A program made the translations under genes and the position numbers. The notes beneath the pieces were generated by a model. The model worked only from the letters and a program-made list of their open reading frames with translations. It was not told the origin of the DNA and did not search any database. From Eledone cirrhosa (Eukaryota): DNA of 64,000 nt. Shown one piece after another: positions 1 to 14,095 of this stretch (its first letter is position 1; each line of letters opens with the position of its first letter). The stretch spans positions 387,872,001 to 387,936,000 of the forward strand of contig OZ024740.1 in NCBI GenBank assembly GCA_964016885.1, read 5' to 3'.

Positions 1-3000
1 ATATATCTCACTGTACATTACGTAAGTGTTTAAGGTCTTACTATATATATCTCACTGTACATTACCTAAGTGTTTAAGGTCTTACTATATATATCTCACT
101 GTACATTACCTAAGTGTTTAAGGTCTTACTATATATATCTCACTGTACATTACCTAAGTGTTTAAGGTCTTACTATATATATCACTCTGTACATTACCTA
201 AGTGTTTAAGGTCTTACTATATATATCTGACTGTACATTACTTAAGTGTTTAAGGTCTTACTATATATATCTCACTGTACATTACCTAAGTGTTTAAGGT
301 CTTACTATATATATATCTCACTGTACATTACCTAAGTGTTTAAGGTCTACTATATATATCATACTGTACATTACCTAAGTGTTTAAGGTCTTACTATATA
401 TATATCTCACTGTACATTGCCTAAGTGTTTAAGGTCTACTATATATATCTCACTGTACATTACCTAAGTGTTTAAGGTCTTACTATATATATCTCACTGT
501 ACATTACCTAAGTGTTTAAGGTCTTACTATATATATCTCACTGTACATTACGTAAGTGTTTAATGTCTTACTATATATATCTCACTGTACATTACCTAAG
601 TGTTTAAGGTCTTACTATATATATCTCACTGTACATTACCCAAGTGTTTAAGATCTTACTATATATATCTCACTGTACATTACCGAAGTGTTTAATGTCT
701 TACTATATATATCTCACTGTACATTACCCAAGTGTTTAAGGTCTTACTATATATATCTCACTGTACATTACCTAAGTGTTTAAGGTCTTACTATATATAT
801 CTCACTGTACATTACCTAAGTGTTTAAGGTCTTACTATATATATCTTACTGTACATTAGCTAAGTGTTTAAGGTCTTACTATATATATCTCACTGTACAT
901 TGCCTAAGTATTTAAGGTCTACTATATATATCTCACTGTACATTACCTAAGTGTTTACGGTCTTACTATATATATCTCACTGTACATTACCTAAGTGTTT
1001 AAGGTCTTACTATATATATCTCACTGTACATTACCTAAGTGTTTAAGGTCTACTATATATATCTCACTGTACATTACCTAAGTGTTTAAGGTCTTACTAT
1101 ATATATCTCACTGTACATTACCTAAGTGTTTAAGGTCTACTATATATATCTCACTGTACATTACCTAAGTGTTTAAGGTCTAACTATATATATCTCACTG
1201 TACATTACCTAGTGTTTAAGGTCTTACTATATATATCTCACTGTACATTACCTAAGTGTTTAAGGTCTTACTATATATATCTCACTGTACATTACCTAAG
1301 TGTTTAAGGTCTTACTATATATATCTCACTGTACATTACCTAAGTGTTTAAGGTCTACTATATATATCTCACTGTACATTACCTAAGTGTTTAAGGTCTT
1401 ACTATATATATCTCACTGTACATTACCTAAGTGTTTAAGGTCTACTATATATATCTCACTGTACATTACCTAAGTGTTTAAGGTCTAACTATATATATCT
1501 CACTGTACATTACCTAGTGTTTAAGGTCTTACTATATATATCTCACTGTAAATTACCTAAGTGTTTAATGTCTTACTATATATCTCACACTGTACATTAC
1601 CTAAGTGTTTAAGGTCTTACTATATATATCTCACTGTACATTACCTAAGTGTTTAATGTCTTACTATATATATCACCCTGTACATTACCTAAGTGTTTAA
1701 GGTCTTACTATATATATCTCACTGTACATTACGTAAGTGTTTAATGTCTTACTATATATATCTCACTGTACATTACCTAAGTGTTTAATGTCTTACTATA
1801 TATATCTCACTGTACATTACCTAAGTATTTAAGGTCTTACTATATATATCTCACTGTACATTACCCAAGTGTTTAAGGTCTTACTATATATATCTCACTG
1901 TACATTACCCAAGTGTTTAATGTCTTACTATATATATCTCACTGTACATTACCCAAGTGTTTAAGGTCTTACTATATATATCTCACTGTACATTACCCAA
2001 GTGTTTAATGTCTTACTATATATATCTCACTGTACATTACCCAAGTGTTTAAGGTCTTACTATATATATCTCACTGTACATTACCCAAGTGTTTAATGTC
2101 TTACTATATATATCTCACTGTACATTACCTAAGTGTTTAAGGTCTTACTATATATATCTCACTGTACATTACCCAAGTGTTTAATGTCTTACTATATATA
2201 TCTCACTGTACATTACCTAAGTGTTTAAGGTCTTACTATATATATCTCACTGTACATTACTCAAGTGTTTAATGTCTTACTATATATATCTCACTGTACA
2301 TTGCCTAAGTGTTTAAGGTCTTACTATATATATCTCACTGTACATTACCCAAGTGTTTAAGGTCTTACTATATATATCTCACTGTACATTACCCAAGTGT
2401 TTAATGTCTTACTATATATATCTCACTGTACATTACCTAAGTGTTTAATGTCTTACTATATATATCTCACTGTATATTACCCAAGTGTTTAAGGTCTTAC
2501 TATATATATCTCACTGTACATTACCCAAGTGTTTAATGTCTTACTATATATATCTCACTGTACATTGCCTAAGTGTTTAAGGTCTTACTATATATATCTC
2601 ACTGTACATTACCCAAGTGTTTAAGGTCTTACTATATATATCTCACTGTACATTACCCAAGTGTTTAATGTCTTACTATATATATCTCACTGTACATTAA
2701 CTAAGTGTTTAATGTCTTACTATATATATCTCACTGTACATTACCCAAGTGTTTAAGGTCTTACTATATATATCTCACTGTACATTACCCAAGTGTTTAA
2801 TGTCTTACTATATATATCTCACTGTACATTACCTAAGTGTTTAAGGTCTTACTATATATATCTCACTGTACATTACCCAAGTGTTTAATGTCTTACTATA
2901 TATATCTCACTGTACATTACCCAAGTGTTTAAGGTCTTACTATATATATCTCACTGTACATTACCCAAGTGTTTAATGTCTTACTATATATATCTCACTG

Positions 3001-3640
3001 TACATTACCCAAGTGTTTAAGGTCTTACTATATATATCTCACTGTACATTACCCAAGTGTTTAATGTCTCACTATATATATCTCACTGTACATTGCCTAA
3101 GTGTTTAAGGTCTTACTATATATATCTCACTGTACATTACCTAAGTGTTTAATGTCTTACTATATATATGTCACTGTACATTACCTAAGTGTTTAAGGTC
3201 TTACTATATATATATATCTCACTGTACATTACCCAAGTGTTTAATGTCTTACTATATATATCTCACTGTACATTACCCAAGTGTTTAAGGTCTTACTATA
3301 TATATCTCACTGTACATTACCTAAGTGTTTAATGTCTTACTATATATATCTCACTGTACATTACCCAAGTGTTTAAGGTCTTACTATATATATCTCACTG
3401 TACATTACCTAAGTGTTTAATGTCTTACTATATATATGCCACTGTACATTACCTAAGTGTTTAAGGTCTTACTATATATATCTCACTGTACACTACCTAG
3501 TGTTTAAGGTCTTACTATATATATCTCACACTGTAAATTACCTAAGTGTTTAAGGTCTTACTATATATATATATATCTCACTGTACATTAGCTAATTGTT
3601 TTTCTTACTACATATATCTCACTCTGTACATTAGCTAATA
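1..3640. repeat. 44-bp tandem satellite/minisatellite, about 80 copies, continuing off the left edge
   Basis: Unit TATATATATCTCACTGTACATTACCTAAGTGTTTAAGGTCTTAC with 44-nt period (CTCA at 7, 51, 95...). Variants include CCTA/CCCA, AAGG/AATG and changes in TA number. It decays at about 3590-3640. Confidence 0.97.
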
Positions 3641-4671
3641 TACCGTCTAAGGAAGACAATCAAATAAACCAATGTCTCCCAGAAGGCAGATATTACCTGA
3701 CTGTTTTAGTTAAATCCAGACATATAAAATATATATTAATTATGTTACTTGCTTGGTGAGGAGGGTGGATTCGGACACCCTGCGGGATAAAAAAAAAACA
3801 CGACCCATCAAATGGCAGAGAAACTCAGGAGAGTCAACGTCCATCAGATAAAGTATCTTTTTTTTTGATAGCGAAAGACTTCTAGTCTTCATTAAGACAT
3901 CTCTCTAGGTGAAGGTCACTCTGATGTAAAATCTGCGATTTCGTCTGCATCCTATGATGTAAACCAGTTCTACTTTTTGAGTAAATGCATTCGATGTTCA
4001 GCTTCGTGCAAAGCCTTTCCTCCCTTAAAAAAAGCTTCAATCACAAGCATCGCTTAATATGTGACATTTTTTGCGATGCATGAAATTAATGGCCATAGGC
4101 AAGTCCCAAGTCCGTGATGCTCATGCTTAAGTATCAAACTATGACATCACTCGAAATCGAGTTTCAGCCATCATATATATATATCTTTCAGTCGATGGAT
4201 AGTTTTTTCTAATATATTTCAAATAATAAAATGTATGTCAGACTAGATAAATATGTATGCTACACCATTTACTGCTTATGACTAAAAAAAGGACATAGCA
4301 GAAAAGAAAATTACATCTATGCATATGCTACATTGCATGAACTACATATTAGATATATAATATGATAAAACAGACATGTAATTGTTATTGAATATCTGTT
4401 GTGTAGTAGCGCAAGTTGTCAAAGAAAAAAAAACAAAAAAAAACAAAACAAAAACAACAAAAACAACAACAAAGCAAAAACAAAACAAAACAATTAAGTC
4501 CTCGTCATAATTGGAGAATGCATTCTAAAAAGTAATTAATTCTACCTCAAATACTAAAACGGTTGAAACAGGCCTGTCTCCCCATCAGCGTAATATTCAA
4601 TATGTTGTAAAATGTATTATCAGACAAAAATAAACATATCAAAATGTAAAATATTTAATTAATTTTCTTAC

Positions 4672-4769
4672 CTTTCCTGTCCACACATGTTTCAAGCATT
4701 CAGAATAATTACTCCAGTCTCCATGTAACCAGGTACCATTTGCAGAACATGTTCGGTGTGCCAATAAGT
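4672..4769 (-). CDS. Internal exon of a class B1 (secretin-family) GPCR, second half of the hormone-binding extracellular domain
   Basis: Acceptor ttctacAG and donor AAG|GTAAGA. The 98 nt read (D)LLAHRTCSANGTWLHGDWSNYSECLKHVWTGK, matching the class B motif R-x-C-x2-NGTW...W-x-NYS-x-C. Phase 1 start matches the end of exon 20452-20559. Confidence 0.92.
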
Positions 4770-4972
4770 CTGTAGAAATCAATATATATATATCAAGCAT
4801 CCCCATAAATAATGTAATTTTTTACACTGTAATTGTTAGAATATGCCCCAGCAAGCCTAAACAGGATTGTTCCACAGCTGTATAAATACTGCTTAGAAAA
4901 CTTCAATGAGGTTTTGGATTTGTTGACAGATATGCTTTAACTTATTGCTTTAAATTTATTGCTTTCATGAAA

Positions 4973-6251
4973 ATGGAAGTCAAAGAGGAGCTCATAATGA
5001 ACGTGATACTTTACGAGATCAGAAAGGCCACATTACTACAAAAATGTGTAAAAATGTGTAAAAAGTGTATGGTGAAGGTGTTTTTTTAATGTTCGTAAGT
5101 GACAAGGATGGTTCATTAAATTTCGACAAGGTGACTTTGATTTGGAAGATGGCCACCACTCTGGGCACCCTACCTTGTTTGATAATTGTTTCTACTTTTG
5201 GCCAAGGCCAGAAATTACCCAGTGCATTACTGGTACTTTATTTTATCGACCCCGTAAGGATGAAAGGCAAAGTTAACCTCGGTGGGATTTGAACTCAGAA
5301 TGGCAAGAGCCGTAACTCTATGCGTCAAAGCATGGCGTCCGACCATCTACCGATACTGCCGCTGAAATCAGCTATTGAAAAAGATCCTCATGCAACTGTT
5401 AAAGAGTTAGCAAAAGAGATTAATTCAGCATCATCAACCGTCCATCGCCAATTACAGGAACTTAGAATGGTGTCTAATCTTGGCAAGCGCATTCCACATC
5501 ATCTGAGTAAAACCAGTCGAAGGGAACCGTCAAAATCTGCGCTGCTCTTCATTCTCAAGAGTGTAAGTCTCCAATTTTGAACTGTCTGTCTAGTAACCGG
5601 TGATGAAAAAGAGTGGATACTCAATAAGAATGCTAAACGCCGACGGTGGTAGGTTCAATCCGTAAAACAAACAAAACCTCATTAGAAACAAGATCTTCAC
5701 GCCCAGAACATCTTGATAAGCAGTTGGTCGGATATGACGGGTGTAACGGGTGGAATACTTTTTGAAAACTTGCCACAGAAGTAGACAACCACAGCTCAAG
5801 TGAATTGTGAACAACGCAATGGATGGAATGAAAAATTGAAAGAAAAACGTACTTGTATCATCATTTTCCACCAGGACAGTGCCCGACCTCATAGTGCAAG
5901 AATTAAATGGTTCCTGATTGAGGAATTTGGCAACTATAGGTTCCCCCATTCTCCTTAGTCTCCTGACTCTACGTCTTCATATTATCATTTATTCCGAAGT
6001 TTGCAATATTTTATAAATGGATAAGAGTACCATTCCTTAGAGACAGTTGAAATGGATCTACACGACTTTTTCTCTTCAAAACTGTTTGATTTCTATAAGG
6101 ATGGCACGAGAAAACTTTTACCGCGTGGGAAGAATGTTATTGATTTAAATAGGGAATATATACTTCATTAAATTAGTGAGTGCGTAACTTGTGTATGTTA
6201 TATCTTGAACACCTACTACCCAAACGACAATACTTATGGGATGACCTAGTA
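4973..6251 (+). mobile_element. Decayed mariner-family DNA transposon (transposase pseudogene), interrupted by a SINE
   Basis: Fragments MEVKEE..ILYE, VYGEG, KFRQGDFDLEDGHHSGHP, STVHRQLQELRMVSNLGKRIPHHL, LVTGDEK, FHQDSARPH and HSP*SPD..SYYHLFRSLQ. A TIR-like end ...TACTTATGGGATGACCTAG is followed by TA at about 6250. Several frameshifts and stops. Confidence 0.9.
5183..5362 (-). mobile_element. tRNA-derived SINE with Deu/Nin-like core, inserted in the mariner
   Basis: The minus strand reads GGCAGTATCGGTAGA...GAGTTCAAATCCC (B box) then TTTCATCCTTACGGGGTCGATAAAATAAAGTACCAG. The same family recurs at 7712, 19092, 23206 (head only) and 41236. Confidence 0.8.
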
Positions 6252-6257
6252 TGTGTT

Positions 6258-6299
<42 letters not shown>

Positions 6300-6435
6300 A
6301 TAATTTTTATAATTTTTAATAATTTTTATAATTTTTATATATGGTATAAAAACGGTGAGAGTTGGTGAAATAAATCATTGCCACTACTGGAATTGAATAA
6401 TCAAAACCGTAGCGGTATGTCGCATATCAAATCTT

Positions 6436-6500
6436 ATATTTTGTCTGATGAAAACGTACTTGAACACCATTGTACCTTTGAAATATGTATAATAAAATAT
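6436..6500 (+). ncRNA. Minimal type-I hammerhead ribozyme
   Basis: Stem I ATATTTTGT/ATAAAATAT, core CTGATGA (6445), stem II around GTAC/GTAC, GAAA (6480), quasi-palindromic TATGTA, UH = TA. Confidence 0.8.
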
Positions 6501-6595
6501 ATACTTTGATTATGAGCTCCCGGATAGCTTCCAACAGTAATGGTCGCATTCTTTAAGGGTATGTCAATATTTATTTATAAAACTGCTCTATATTA

Positions 6596-6660
6596 TATTA
6601 TATCTGATGAAAGCACACCATAATTTAACTTGGTGTCCTTGAAATATGTATAATGAAATA
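6596..6660 (+). ncRNA. Minimal type-I hammerhead ribozyme in a PLE pLTR fragment (6540-6790)
   Basis: CTGATGA-AAG.ACACCA...TGGTGT.CTT-GAAA-TATGTA-TA with imperfect stem I. The downstream tail matches the 3' end of the PLE at 31369. Confidence 0.72.
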
Positions 6661-6816
6661 AATATGGTTTTATAAATATAGTTTCCATTTGTTAATATCG
6701 TATTTTTACTCCAATTATTTGTTGAGTGCTTTATATCAGTTATAAAAATATTTGCTTGTTGTATCCCAACAATTTAAATAGAACTTCTACATATATATAA
6801 ATATATATATATATAT

Positions 6817-7135
6817 ATTAGAAAGTGAGGTTTTTTTTACAAAATGAAAAATAACCGAGGTGTCCTACACGAGTGAGAGTATAAAGAAAAAGAGATGAAA
6901 TCGAAAATGCAACTGAAGTCTTATTTTTTAAAAAAATATATATATTTATTTGGTTCCTTTACCGGTTTCGCAGTTCTTCTGTGAGAAAAACCACAGACCC
7001 TCCATCTCAACTCACCTTTTGAAAAGCAGAAGAACTGCGAAACCGGTAAAGGAACCAAATAAATATATATATTTAAAAAAAAAATAAGACTTCAGTTGCA
7101 TTTTCGATTTCATCTCTTTTTCTTTATATATATAT
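6817..7135. repeat. Fold-back insertion family F1 between (TA)n tracts; second copy at 40472-40815
   Basis: About 100-bp inverted arms (…TTTGGTTCCTTTACCGGTTTCGCAGTTCTTCTG / CAGAAGAACTGCGAAACCGGTAAAGGAACCAAA…). It contains the hammerhead 3' half GAAA-CCGG-TA. Confidence 0.85.
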
Positions 7136-7711
7136 ATATATAGTGACGAAACATAAGTCAATTGCATGAACTCATAATCCTTTATTTACTGCTATATATA
7201 TTTCGATGATAGCCATTGAATGGCTATTAGGAAGTTAGTCAGTTCTTAGATATGCCAGCTCTGCGTGTATAGTGTTGATGGTATCAGAGCCTTGGGACAG
7301 AGCTTGTTAGGAATATTTTGATGTTGTCAGCAAGAATAGTCTTGGAATGAGGAATTCTCATTGGTCAGTTTGTAGATGGTAGTAGGTTGGTATTTGACCT
7401 CAAAGAGGCAGGTGGTTCTGTAAGGTTCAAACCGTCAGGCAAGATGACAATAGTTCCACATGACTGATTTTCACAAAAGGCATTCTTGGTCAGATATATT
7501 TTCAAATAAAGTTAATAGTATGAAATAGATACTACAGGTCATTCTTAAATTGAGGAATTTATGTGGAGTGGTGCTACTGAAAATGATGGTTGGAGTAGAA
7601 AGTTTACAAATAAAAAGGCTTATGTAGGTTGGCTTGCACTACACTCACACACACCTCCACAGACACACACACACTTCCACACATACAAAAAGTGGGGTGG
7701 TAATACTTAAT

Positions 7712-7900
7712 ATAATTGTTTCTACTTTAGGCACAAGGCCAACACATATTCAGTTCATTACTGGTACTTTATTTTATCGACCCCGTAGGAATGAAAGGCA
7801 AAGTCAACCTCGGCGGGATTTGAACTCAGATCGTAAAGGGACGTAACTATGCTGGAAAGCATGGCGTCCGACCCTCTACCGATACTGCCAATCCACCACC
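7712..7900 (-). mobile_element. tRNA-derived SINE (same family as 5183)
   Basis: Shares CTGGTACTTTATTTTATCGACCCCG, GGATTTGAACTCAG and CTCTACCGATACTGCCAATCC. Confidence 0.8.
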
Positions 7901-8061
7901 CTTGATATAATGGTTAGAGTCCAATACTTAGATAGTTTAGAAAATTTAGAAATAAAAGGTTTATGCTGGTTCACTTGTACATACACTCACACATCTACAC
8001 ACACAAATCCATACAGGTGTGTGTATATATATATGCATGCATGCATGCATGTACGCACAAG

Positions 8062-8148
<87 letters not shown>

Positions 8149-8915
8149 TATATACACAGAACATACATATACATACATATAATATATACATACAAAAATA
8201 TTAAAAAAATATATATACATAGAATACACACACACACACAAAATATATTACACACGTAAAACATACATATATATATATATATAAAATACACATACACATA
8301 CACACATATATATATAAAATATGTACATACAGATACGCACACATATATAAAAAATACGCCTACATACACATATAAAATACACATATATATACACATGATA
8401 CATATATACATATATATATAAAATCAGGTTCAATAAAACATTGTTTAGATGACTCCTAACCAGTAGAGGATCCGGTGGACCATCCACCATAGGGACCGCA
8501 AACCATGGGTGGTTGTTGTTGTCCATTGGTCATTGGTACGGGCTGTAGGGGACCTACCGGGGGAGGGGGGGGGGGGCTTGTGGAAGGCCGTAACCTATAT
8601 ATATATAAGCAGAAAATGAATGCAGTTACATAATTCGAACAGCTAGCTGCATCCTTACCGCGTCAACAACCTTGCTGGTGTGCAATTTCGCGCATTAAGG
8701 TGACATTGCACATGTAAGGCCAATTTGTGCAACAGTTTGGAAAAAAGCTATGTGGGTAAAATGCATGTGAGACGATAACAAAACAAAAATGAATAAGAAA
8801 GATCATGGGAGTCTTTCAACGATAAAGATGAATACGTAACAAATTGTGACTAGAAATATATAGACAGCTGACATATAAATACATAATACATTCACGCACA
8901 CATATACATACATGT

Positions 8916-8954
<39 letters not shown>

Positions 8955-8956
8955 CA

Positions 8957-9398
8957 TAATTTCTCATCTCATGCTTTAGACTCTCTTTCTTCTTTTCTCT
9001 CCTGGTCTCCGATTAACATGTGGTTATATCTTAACCCGACTTTTTACTATGCATATAGTACTCAGCTAAGAATACTACAATTTTATGGAAAAAATATACG
9101 TAAAAAAATTGTAGTATTCCTAGCTGAGTACTATATGCATAGTAAAAAGTCGGGTTAAGATATAACCACATGTTAAACGGAGACCAGGAGAGAAAGGAAG
9201 AAAGAGAGTCTAAAGCATGAGATGAGAAATTATATATATATATATAACGGTCTCCGTTTAACACGTGGTTATATCTTAACCCGACTTTTTACTATGCATA
9301 TAGTACTCAGCTAGGAATACTACAATTTTTTTACGTATATTTTTTCCATAAAATTGTAGTATTCTTAGCTGAGTACTATATGCATAGTAAAAAGTCGG
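8957..9398. repeat. Double fold-back insertion (F2): ~275-bp hairpin plus a second, inverted, shorter copy of the same hairpin
   Basis: 8957-9082 is nearly the exact reverse complement of 9106-9232. Segment 9248-9398 repeats the hairpin core with the loop flipped and runs directly into the RTE fragment. Confidence 0.9.
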
Positions 9399-9644
9399 GT
9401 GACACAGAGGAGACTGAGGTTAGCTGGACATGCTCACCGACATCCAGAGTTGACATTGCACTCAGTGCTCCTTTGGGAGCCCCTTCATAGACACACTAGA
9501 AGAGGAAGACCAAGGTTAACGTATGTTGATGCCCTAAGGACAGACACTGGTCTATTGGAGACGCAGGACATGGCAGCGATAATGAGGGACAGAGACCGCT
9601 GGAGAGAACTCGTCCATGGATCTCGGGAATTTTACCCGCCTTAG
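9399..9644 (+). mobile_element. 3' fragment of an RTE-clade LINE
   Basis: RRLRLAGHAHRHPE..LLWEP...GRPRLTYVDAL; nearly identical to 11760-12003. Confidence 0.85.
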
Positions 9645-9656
9645 AAAAAGGATAGA

Positions 9657-9687
<31 letters not shown>

Positions 9688-10089
9688 GCCTTGACTGTAT
9701 ATATATATATAAATTTAGCCTTGACTGTATATATATATATAAATTTAGCCTTGACTGTATATATATATATAAATTTAGCCTTGACTGATGATACTACGAG
9801 TGCGCAGGTAAAACTCCAGATTATCTAGACTCACTACTTGGCCATTATATATGAATATATAAATTCTAGTTCGGTATTGAGTAAGTATGCACTTTGGTCA
9901 GCTGGGTTCGAATTTTAATAATACGAACTTAGTTGTCCATTGTGTGAGTGAGGAAACAGCCGAGGCTATGTCCGTTCTAGTCGACTTGCTTCGTCTCCTA
10001 ATTAAATAATTTCATAATAATTTCATATATATAATGATTTCCTTCGAATGAAACAGTTATAGTCCTGTAGAAGCCATTTCTATATTAAA

Positions 10090-10213
<124 letters not shown>

Positions 10214-10222
10214 TATATATAA

Positions 10223-10297
<75 letters not shown>

Positions 10298-10306
10298 TAT
10301 ATATAA

Positions 10307-10352
<46 letters not shown>

Positions 10353-10899
10353 CTGCTCCCCATGACGAATTGGATGATTAAATATTATGCCACGAATAAA
10401 ATTTGTTTAATAACATCTTCCTAAATAGATATGGAGAAGTACTTCTAGAATAATAAAAGACCAAATTAGAACGCACACAGGCAATAGATGCTGCAATGAG
10501 GAACATATATAAACCACATGAAACAAATCAGGCTGTCGGTGGATACGTTATGAAAACGTCAAGGACACAGCATGAATAGCTTCCTACTACAAACTCCTGG
10601 TGAGAATATAATAGTAAAATAATAAACTGAAATCTTTACCACATACATGAAACCACAAGCTTTCAAGTCACAGAAATTACTTCAGTAAACCAATGCAATA
10701 AGCGATTTTAATGGAAAGCTGAGAGCTGTAAACCTTATGATTCTGTGACAACTATTGGGTCGAAGATATGAGATACTTCTTTGTTGGTTGACTAAGCTCT
10801 ATTAACAACATTTAATGCGGTCCTCAAAAGAAGATAGCATGAGATAGCCTTTATGGAAGGTATTTCCATATGTACAGAAACATATATATATATATATAT

Positions 10900-11123
10900 A
10901 TAGGAGAAAGTATGACCCCGACGGCAGAACTCAAGCCGTTTCGACGGCTATTTCTGGACTAAGGTAAAACCTCTTACTTTAGTCCAGAAATAGCCGTCGA
11001 AACGGCTTGAGCACTGCCGTCGTGGTCACACTTTCTCCTATTACCCACTCTACTACCCTAAGTATTGAGTACTCTGGTGCATTATGGTCCATCTGGTTCC
11101 TTACCACAACTCCTTCATTATCT
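10900..11123. repeat. Fold-back family F3; other copies at 17258-17450, 18701-18882, 30789-30934, 47677-47753 (partial) and 63638-64000
   Basis: Shared core CCGACGGCAGAGCTCAAGCCGTTTCGACGGCTATTTCTGGACTA and its reverse complement, plus tail CCTATTACCCACTCTACTACCCTAAGTATTGAGTACTCTGGTGCGTTATGGTCC. Copies abut (TA)n. Confidence 0.88.
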
Positions 11124-11162
11124 ATATATATATATATATATATACATAGATACATACATACA

Positions 11163-11198
<36 letters not shown>

Positions 11199-11240
11199 TA
11201 TATATACATACATATATATATATATATATATACATACATA

Positions 11241-11337
<97 letters not shown>

Positions 11338-11349
11338 ATATGTATATAT

Positions 11350-12075
<726 letters not shown>

Positions 12076-13764
12076 CACACACACCCATCGCGTACATGTT
12101 TATGGTGGTGTATGTATGTCAATATATGTTTGTATGTCTATCTGAGTATAAAGAATAAAATATATTTTTATGATTGCATATGCATGTGTACTTTTGTTTA
12201 TGATAGGCTACTAGCTAATTCTTTCTATTTTCATATCGTCTATAATTTTGCGATAGATGAAATGACAATTTTTACATGTTTATTAATATTTGCTTAATAT
12301 ATAAATGAATCATTTGCATTTCTACCGACGTCATCAGTTATTGTTTATTTGTATGTATTGTTTATATGTTGTTATATATATTTTATTTTTTCTTGCAGAA
12401 ATGTGATTCGAAAGAATATACAAATTCATAAATACACCACCCTATACTATTAAAATACAATACATGCATAATGATCTATTAATTATTATAAAACACGATT
12501 TCGTTAACGTATGGATGATTTATTTTACCATTCTTGGAATACAAAATCAATGTTATTTATTTTGTGTTTGGAACATGAATCAGATTTTGTGGAAGTAAAT
12601 AATGTTTTTTTTCTGTGTTGCATTAATAACTTATATCTAATTTTATATTTAAGGAACCCTTTGGCGTATTAGTTGATCGCTCTTTTTTTTAGATTGAATA
12701 AACATAATTTGATAGGAAAACATGAAGAATTCATTTTGAATTATACATTAATTTACTATGTGGAATCTATCAAAAGTAATATTAATGTTACATTTTCATT
12801 TACCAGTGCTATTGCCAATTTAGGCTTCCGCCAGCGCTACCTTTTAATGTAAATGTTTCATGCCGCATTAAATATACATAAAAGTACAGTGAAGGATATT
12901 TATGGCTACAGTAGGTAGCATATGAAAGTAAGATAACTGGATTTATCTTCGAATTTTTGTCAGATATATGCAGCAAGCAAAAGTTACGCAAGTATAATAT
13001 TACAACTACCTATTGGCGTCAGATCAAACAAAGTTCGATTGATTCCTCTCAAATATAGTCTTGAATATCATATAACATATGCCGTATTAATATTAAACAG
13101 AACATATTTGCAAGCGATAAAATTTGAAATAAATTTATAACCATATGGAGAGGTGTATTTAACCCCGCACAACCTGCATAATCTGACCTCTCAGTCCTTT
13201 TGAACTCTCTGCACTGCCTTTTTATAATTATTGTATTGATATGTATGCTTATGTTTGTGTATATATGCATGTATAAGTCCTCACCTATATGGTCATGAAA
13301 ACAGGTTCCTTAAGAAATGGAATTATAATACTATTGTTGGTTATATATCATGTGTGAAGAATTCAAGTATTGTTATTATTGATTTATCGAAAGACTGACG
13401 AAAATATGCATGAACGAGGTGTATGTAGTTGGTTTGAAGAAGCCACGAAACTAATACCCCGAAAATATACGGTCTTGTTCTCTTAGTGTTAACAACTACC
13501 GGAGGCAATATTGACTTTCATTTATTCTCTAAATGTCAATTTATTATATCAATATAACATAATACAATAAGGTGTCATTTGAGGGACATTTAACTCATCT
13601 CTATCATATAGTGGCTTCCTCATTGCCTCGTACAATAGATACATGAATGAAAGAGAGATTTTGCTATTGTATCGGTTTTGTTGACACTGCAGGTACTTAT
13701 TGTCTGCAGCTGTAAAATATAGTATTGAAATATTGTTGAAGACCTCTCGAATTATTCCTTTACT

Positions 13765-14095
13765 TTTCTGACAGCACATTGAATCTGAATATTGCACCTT
13801 TTGTATGCTGCATGGCTGCTGTGTGATAGATGAGTTCTTATCCTTTATCCACGCTTTGTGTGAGCTATGCATTTGTTGGATAAACATATGGACCTTGTTG
13901 ATGTTATCATCAAACCAATTCCGAACAGGTGCCGCGTGTGTAGCATCTCGGTGAGCCTTCCAAGCTGCTGCAATGCCATCTGTTATCTCAACAGAGTTGA
14001 GAGCAGTCTCTAGTTTGTTGCAGAGGTCAGTTTCTTTCTCACGGGTTTTCAATGGTTGAGGGTTAATGCGCTTACGAACGGACAACCTTCTTGAG
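13765..14095 (-). mobile_element. Decayed RTE-like LINE fragment (region between endonuclease and RT)
   Basis: LCNKLETAL...AAWKAHRDATHAA..NWFDDN resembles the W..../DWFDEN linker of RTE ORFs. Confidence 0.55.

Noticed and set aside
1-3640. CRISPR-like array
   Set aside because: There are no unique spacers, the whole 44-nt unit repeats, the context is eukaryotic and no cas genes are present.
7180-7340. Minus-strand hammerhead candidate (CTGACAA...GAAA-TATATA-TA)
   Set aside because: The core is mutated and stems I/II do not pair convincingly; at most a relic.
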